A stretch of DNA of 64,000 bases, taken from Escherichia phage C6. A program made the translations under genes and the position numbers. The notes below the pieces were generated by a model that was not told where the DNA came from, searched no databases, and saw nothing but the letters and a program-made list of their open reading frames with translations. Positions 59,920 through 64,000 of the stretch are shown piece by piece (within the stretch, counting starts at the first letter, position 1; every line of letters starts with the position of its first letter). The DNA is taken from the sequence record MW679410.1. One strand, written 5' to 3'.

Positions 59920-60579
59920 ATGGCTGATTTAAAATTAGGCTCAACTGCTGGAGGTTCCGTTATATGGCACCAAGGTAACTTTCCGTTGACGCCCGTAAGC
60001 AATGATTTATTTTACAAAACATATAAAGTATATACAGAATTTAATAAGCCTCAAGCCGCTGATAACGACTTTGTTTCTAAAGCCGATGGTGGGAATTATT
60101 TAGGTACAGTAAACTTTGATAAAGACTTGCAATTTAAAGATTCTGATGGATACTGGGTTAAATTAGGTAGAAAAACCAATACATCCCCAATGTCATCCAC
60201 GTATTCTTTCTCATTTAGAATGAGCAAAGGTATGGGTCTTGAGACATCGGATGGTACACCATTTGTAATTTTCGACCCGACTACTGTTGTAGGTGCAAAC
60301 CGACTTACTGTAATGGGTGATATCCTTGGTCGTCAAATTAAAGACGAATCAGGTCGAGTGTTTTCTCCAGGGAATACTCCGACAAAAGCCCAAGTTGGAT
60401 TAAGCGATGTAGATAACGCAAAACAGGTCCAAATAAATAATAGTAACATACAATCTATGGCTGGTGTTCTTTCAGCCCCGAATTTCATATCTAGGAACCC
60501 AGGTACATTGAACGAACACGTTCCTCGTATGGACCAGGTTGTTCTTAGAGGTACATCTGAAGATTTTGGATATTATTAA
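59920..60579 (+). CDS. 36: Long tail fiber distal connector gp36
   Basis: 219 aa; position and size match T4 gp36; TATAAATA box at 59887-59894. Confidence 0.88.
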   Translation: MADLKLGSTAGGSVIWHQGNFPLTPVSNDLFYKTYKVYTEFNKPQAADNDFVSKADGGNYLGTVNFDKDLQFKDSDGYWVKLGRKTNTSPMSSTYSFSFRMSKGMGLETSDGTPFVIFDPTTVVGANRLTVMGDILGRQIKDESGRVFSPGNTPTKAQVGLSDVDNAKQVQINNSNIQSMAGVLSAPNFISRNPGTLNEHVPRMDQVVLRGTSEDFGYY

Positions 60580-60587
60580 GAGGCATT

Positions 60588-63500
60588 ATGGCTACTTTAA
60601 AATCGATACAATTTAAAAGAAGTAAAACACCAGGAGCCAAGCCTACTGCAGCTCAGTTAGATGAAGGCGAACTGGCTATTAACTTGCGTGACCGCACTAT
60701 TTTTACTAAGTCGGACCAGGGACAGATTATTGATTTAGGCTTTGCTAAAGGTGGACAAGTTGATGGCGATGTAACTATTAATGGAACTTTACGCATTAAC
60801 GGCCCATTAAATAATTTTGGAAACTTTTCTACAAGCGGGTCAATTACGGCAGGCACGAGTATTTCGGCTCAAACTTTTAGAGCATTACAAGGCTCGTTTT
60901 ATTCAAGAGCTTCAAACGATACAACATCGAATGCCCATTTATGGTTTGAAAATGCTGATGGCTCTGAACGTGGTGTTATATATGCACGTCCTCAAACTAC
61001 AAATGCTGGTGAATTACGCATTAGGATTAAACAGGGGACAGAAGGCACTGCTAATAGTGAATTCTATTTCCGCTCTATAAATGGTGGTGAATTTCAGGCA
61101 AACCGTATTTTAGCATCAGATTCATTAGTAACTAAACGAATTGCAGCCGATACAGTTATCCACGGTGGCAAAGCCTTTGGTGTATATGATACAGATTCAT
61201 TAGTTAATTATGTATACCCAGGCACAGGCGAAGAAAATGGTGTAAACTATCTTCGTAAAGTTCGAGCTAAGTCTGGCGGCACTATATGGCATGAAATCTG
61301 TACGGCCCAAACAGGTCAGGCTGATGAGGTTTCTTGGTGGACTGGTAGTACTCCAGTATCTAAACAATGCGGTATTCGTAATGACGGGCGAATGATTGTT
61401 CGTAATAGTCTTGCGCTTGGCACAATGACTACTGATTTTCCGTCAAGTGATTATGGTAATGGAGGTGCTCTAGGATTTGGCGCTTATTTAGCTTTAGGTG
61501 ATAACGGCACAGGTTTACGTTATCAAAAAACCGGTGTTTATGATTTAGTCGGTTCTGGTTTATCTGTGGCCTCTGTTACTCCGGATAGTTTCCGTAGTAC
61601 TCGTAAAGGTTTATTTGGACGTTCAGAAGACCAAGGTGCAACTTGGATTATGCCAGGTACGAATGCTGCCTTTTTATCAGTTCAAACCCAGGCTGATGTG
61701 AATAATGCAGGTGACGGTCAGACGCATATTGGCTATAACTCAGGCGGAAAAATGTCTCACTATTTCCGCGGTAAAGGTCAAACCAATATTAACACCCAAG
61801 AAGGCATGGAACTTAACCCAGGTATTCTTAAACTGGTAACCGGCGGTAATAATGTACAGCTTTATGCTGACGGCACTATTTCTTCTATTCAAAGAATTAA
61901 ATTTGATAACGGGGTACTTCTTACCGGGGCTAGAGCTGACGGTATTCAACTTGATGCGCCTACATCATTAGATGGCACTAAAACTATACTGTGGGGCGCT
62001 GGTACTCGCGCAGGTCAGAATAAAAACTATATATCTATTAAAGCATGGGGTAATTCATTTAATACAGGTGGCGGTAATAGAGAAACTGTTTGGGAAGTTT
62101 CAGATTCACAGGGCTATTATTTTTACGCGCAAAGAACCAACCCGGCATCAGGTGAAACCGTCGGCCCTGTTAACTTTAAATTTAACGGAACTGTCGAAAC
62201 AGGCCATATCATAGGCCTTGGTAATATAAGTGCCTCCGGTACAGGTTCTTTTGGTGGCAATGTTACTATGTCTAACGGTTTGTTTGTCCAAGGTGGTTCT
62301 TCTATTACTGGACAAGTAAAAATTGGTGGAACAGCAGATGCATTAAGAATTTGGAATGCCGAATACGGTGCTATTTTCCGTCGTTCAGAAAGTAACTTTT
62401 ATATTCTTCCAACCAATCAAAATGAAGGCGAAAGTGGAGACATTCACAGCTCTTTGAGACCTGTGAGAATAGGATTAAACGATGGCATGGTTGGGCTAGG
62501 AAGAGATTCTTTTATAGTAGATCAAAATAATGCTTTAACTACAATAAACAGCAATTCTCGCATTAATGCCAATTTCAGAATGCAATTAGGACAAAATGCT
62601 TATATAGATATTGAGGCTTCTGACGGTGTTCGTCCTGCAGGGTGTGGTTCATTTGCATCCCAGAATGACGCAAACGTAAGAGCTCCGATTTATATGAATA
62701 TAGAGCGTACTGCTCCTTCTGAATATATTCCTATTGTCAAACAACGTTACGTACAAGGTGATAGTACTTATTCTATTGGTACCTTAATTTCTCAAGGAGA
62801 CTTCCGCGTTCATTATCACCAGGGCAATAGTACTACCGGAACTGATTTGAGTTGGGAATTCCGCCGCACCGGTGACTTCCGCTTACCTGGTAAAATTATT
62901 GTAGGCAACACAACTTTAGGAACTGATGGTAATATCACTGGTGGCTCTGGTAACTTTGCTAACTTAAACAGTACAATTGAATCACTTAAAACTGATATTG
63001 TTTCAAGTTATCCTATTGGAGCCCCAATTCCATGGCCAACGGATACTCCTCCTAATGGTTATGCTTTGATGGAAGGTCAGACCTTTGATAAAGGTGCTTA
63101 TCCTAAGCTTGCTGTTGCATATCCTTCTGGTACTATTCCTGATATGCGTGGTCAAACTATCAAGGGTAAACCAAGTGGACGTGCTGTGTTAAGTGCAGAA
63201 GCTGATGGTATTAAGTCCCATAACCATGGTGCATCCGCATCTAATACAGATTTAGGTACTAAAACTACGTCAAGTTTTGATTATGGTACTAAAACCACTT
63301 CAAGTTTTGATTATGGTACTAAGACCAGTAATACCACTGGTAACCATAACCATACAGTAAGCGGTACTACTAGCGCAGCAGGTAACCACCAGCACTCACA
63401 GACCGGTCCAAGGGGTCCTAATAATCAACCAACAGGAGTATATCCTAATGGAGCTACTGCAATTAGTGGAACCAATGTTCTTTCTTTTGCCACAAGCGAC

Positions 63501-63767
63501 AAAATCGTGCCTGGTATAGGCCAATATATTGCAAAGTCGTCAACAGAAGGTAACCATACACACTCTTGGTCTGGAACTACAAGTACCACAGGTAACCATG
63601 CCCACACTGTGGGTATTGGTGCCCATAGCCATTCGGTCGGTATTGGTGCTCACACTCACACGGTAGCGATTGGTTCACATGGTCATACAATCACTGTAAA
63701 TAATACAGGTAATACAGAAAACACAGTTAAAAACATTGCTTTTAACTATATCGTTCGCTTAGCATAA
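60588..63767 (+). CDS. 37: Long tail fiber distal subunit gp37 (receptor-binding fibre)
   Basis: 1059 aa; C-terminal region with multiple His-x-His motifs ([52 protein letters not shown]) as in the T4 gp37 tip; followed by a T4-type gp38. Confidence 0.93.
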   Translation: MATLKSIQFKRSKTPGAKPTAAQLDEGELAINLRDRTIFTKSDQGQIIDLGFAKGGQVDGDVTINGTLRINGPLNNFGNFSTSGSITAGTSISAQTFRALQGSFYSRASNDTTSNAHLWFENADGSERGVIYARPQTTNAGELRIRIKQGTEGTANSEFYFRSINGGEFQANRILASDSLVTKRIAADTVIHGGKAFGVYDTDSLVNYVYPGTGEENGVNYLRKVRAKSGGTIWHEICTAQTGQADEVSWWTGSTPVSKQCGIRNDGRMIVRNSLALGTMTTDFPSSDYGNGGALGFGAYLALGDNGTGLRYQKTGVYDLVGSGLSVASVTPDSFRSTRKGLFGRSEDQGATWIMPGTNAAFLSVQTQADVNNAGDGQTHIGYNSGGKMSHYFRGKGQTNINTQEGMELNPGILKLVTGGNNVQLYADGTISSIQRIKFDNGVLLTGARADGIQLDAPTSLDGTKTILWGAGTRAGQNKNYISIKAWGNSFNTGGGNRETVWEVSDSQGYYFYAQRTNPASGETVGPVNFKFNGTVETGHIIGLGNISASGTGSFGGNVTMSNGLFVQGGSSITGQVKIGGTADALRIWNAEYGAIFRRSESNFYILPTNQNEGESGDIHSSLRPVRIGLNDGMVGLGRDSFIVDQNNALTTINSNSRINANFRMQLGQNAYIDIEASDGVRPAGCGSFASQNDANVRAPIYMNIERTAPSEYIPIVKQRYVQGDSTYSIGTLISQGDFRVHYHQGNSTTGTDLSWEFRRTGDFRLPGKIIVGNTTLGTDGNITGGSGNFANLNSTIESLKTDIVSSYPIGAPIPWPTDTPPNGYALMEGQTFDKGAYPKLAVAYPSGTIPDMRGQTIKGKPSGRAVLSAEADGIKSHNHGASASNTDLGTKTTSSFDYGTKTTSSFDYGTKTSNTTGNHNHTVSGTTSAAGNHQHSQTGPRGPNNQPTGVYPNGATAISGTNVLSFATSDKIVPGIGQYIAKSSTEGNHTHSWSGTTSTTGNHAHTVGIGAHSHSVGIGAHTHTVAIGSHGHTITVNNTGNTENTVKNIAFNYIVRLA
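63253..63330 (+). repeat. Tandem duplication of a 30-bp unit inside the gene 37 tip region
   Basis: CAAGTTTTGATTATGGTACTAA(A/G)ACC present twice in tandem (63271-63300, 63301-63330) with a partial copy upstream; encodes [24 protein letters not shown]. Confidence 0.7.
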
Positions 63768-63770
63768 GGA

Positions 63771-63788
63771 GAGGGGCTTAGGCCCCTT
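63771..63788 (+). promoter_or_regulatory. Stem-loop between genes 37 and 38
   Basis: GGGGC-TTAG-GCCCC hairpin directly after the gene 37 stop, no U-run. Confidence 0.4.
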
Positions 63789-63794
63789 CTGAAT

Positions 63795-64000
63795 ATGAAA
63801 ATTTATCATTTTTATTTTGACACAAAAGAATTTTACAAAGAAGAAAATTATAAACCAGTTAAAGGTCTTGGTCTCCCGGCTCACTCAACTACAAAGGAAC
63901 CATTGGAACCTAAAGAAGGTTTCGCAGTTGTATTTGATGAACGTAAGCAAGATTGGATTTATGAAGAAGACCATCGAGGCAAACGTGCATGGACTTTTAA
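63795..64000 (+). CDS. 38: gp38, T4-type tail-fiber assembly factor, 3'-truncated at window edge
   Basis: Manual translation from ATG 63795: MKIYHFYFDTKEFYKEENYKPVKGLGLPAHSTTKEPLEPKEGFAVVFDERKQDWIYEEDHRGKRAWTF, nearly identical to the T4 gp38 N-terminus as recalled. Confidence 0.88.
   Translation, partial: MKIYHFYFDTKEFYKEENYKPVKGLGLPAHSTTKEPLEPKEGFAVVFDERKQDWIYEEDHRGKRAWTF

Overview
This window is a 64-kb segment of a T4-type (Tevenvirinae) myovirus genome, colinear with T4 from gene 17 (terminase, 5'-truncated at nt 1) to gene 38 (3'-truncated at nt 64000). All calls rest on reading the six-frame translations against remembered T4 proteins and on motifs visible in the DNA; no database search or alignment was run, so similarity is qualitative. 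Plus-strand late blocks carry the virion genes (17-18-19-20-67-68-21-22-23-24, 51-27-28-29-48-54, 34-35-36-37-38) and are preceded by TATAAATA late-promoter boxes. Minus-strand early/middle blocks carry rnlB, hoc, inh, uvsY, 25-26, alt, DNA ligase 30, rIII, 31, cd, pseT, a spanin pair, rnlA, denA, nrdB, nrdA, td, frd, 32, 59, 33, dsbA and rnh, plus about 30 small ORFs of unknown function. Many minus-strand genes sit behind a recurring GTTTAC-N17/18-TA(C/T)TAT early-promoter cassette, often with an inverted repeat over the -10 box. No tRNA, rRNA, CRISPR array, intron or homing-endonuclease gene was found. The most unusual locus is a tandem array of three full-length Alt-type ADP-ribosyltransferase genes (24620-30880) with conserved ends and divergent central modules; a HAD-hydrolase/NADAR-like gene pair lies about 2 kb away. 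Other variable spots are an early ORF between genes 23 and 24, the clusters of small early ORFs, a 267-bp noncoding gap beside rIII, and the His-x-His tip of gp37.
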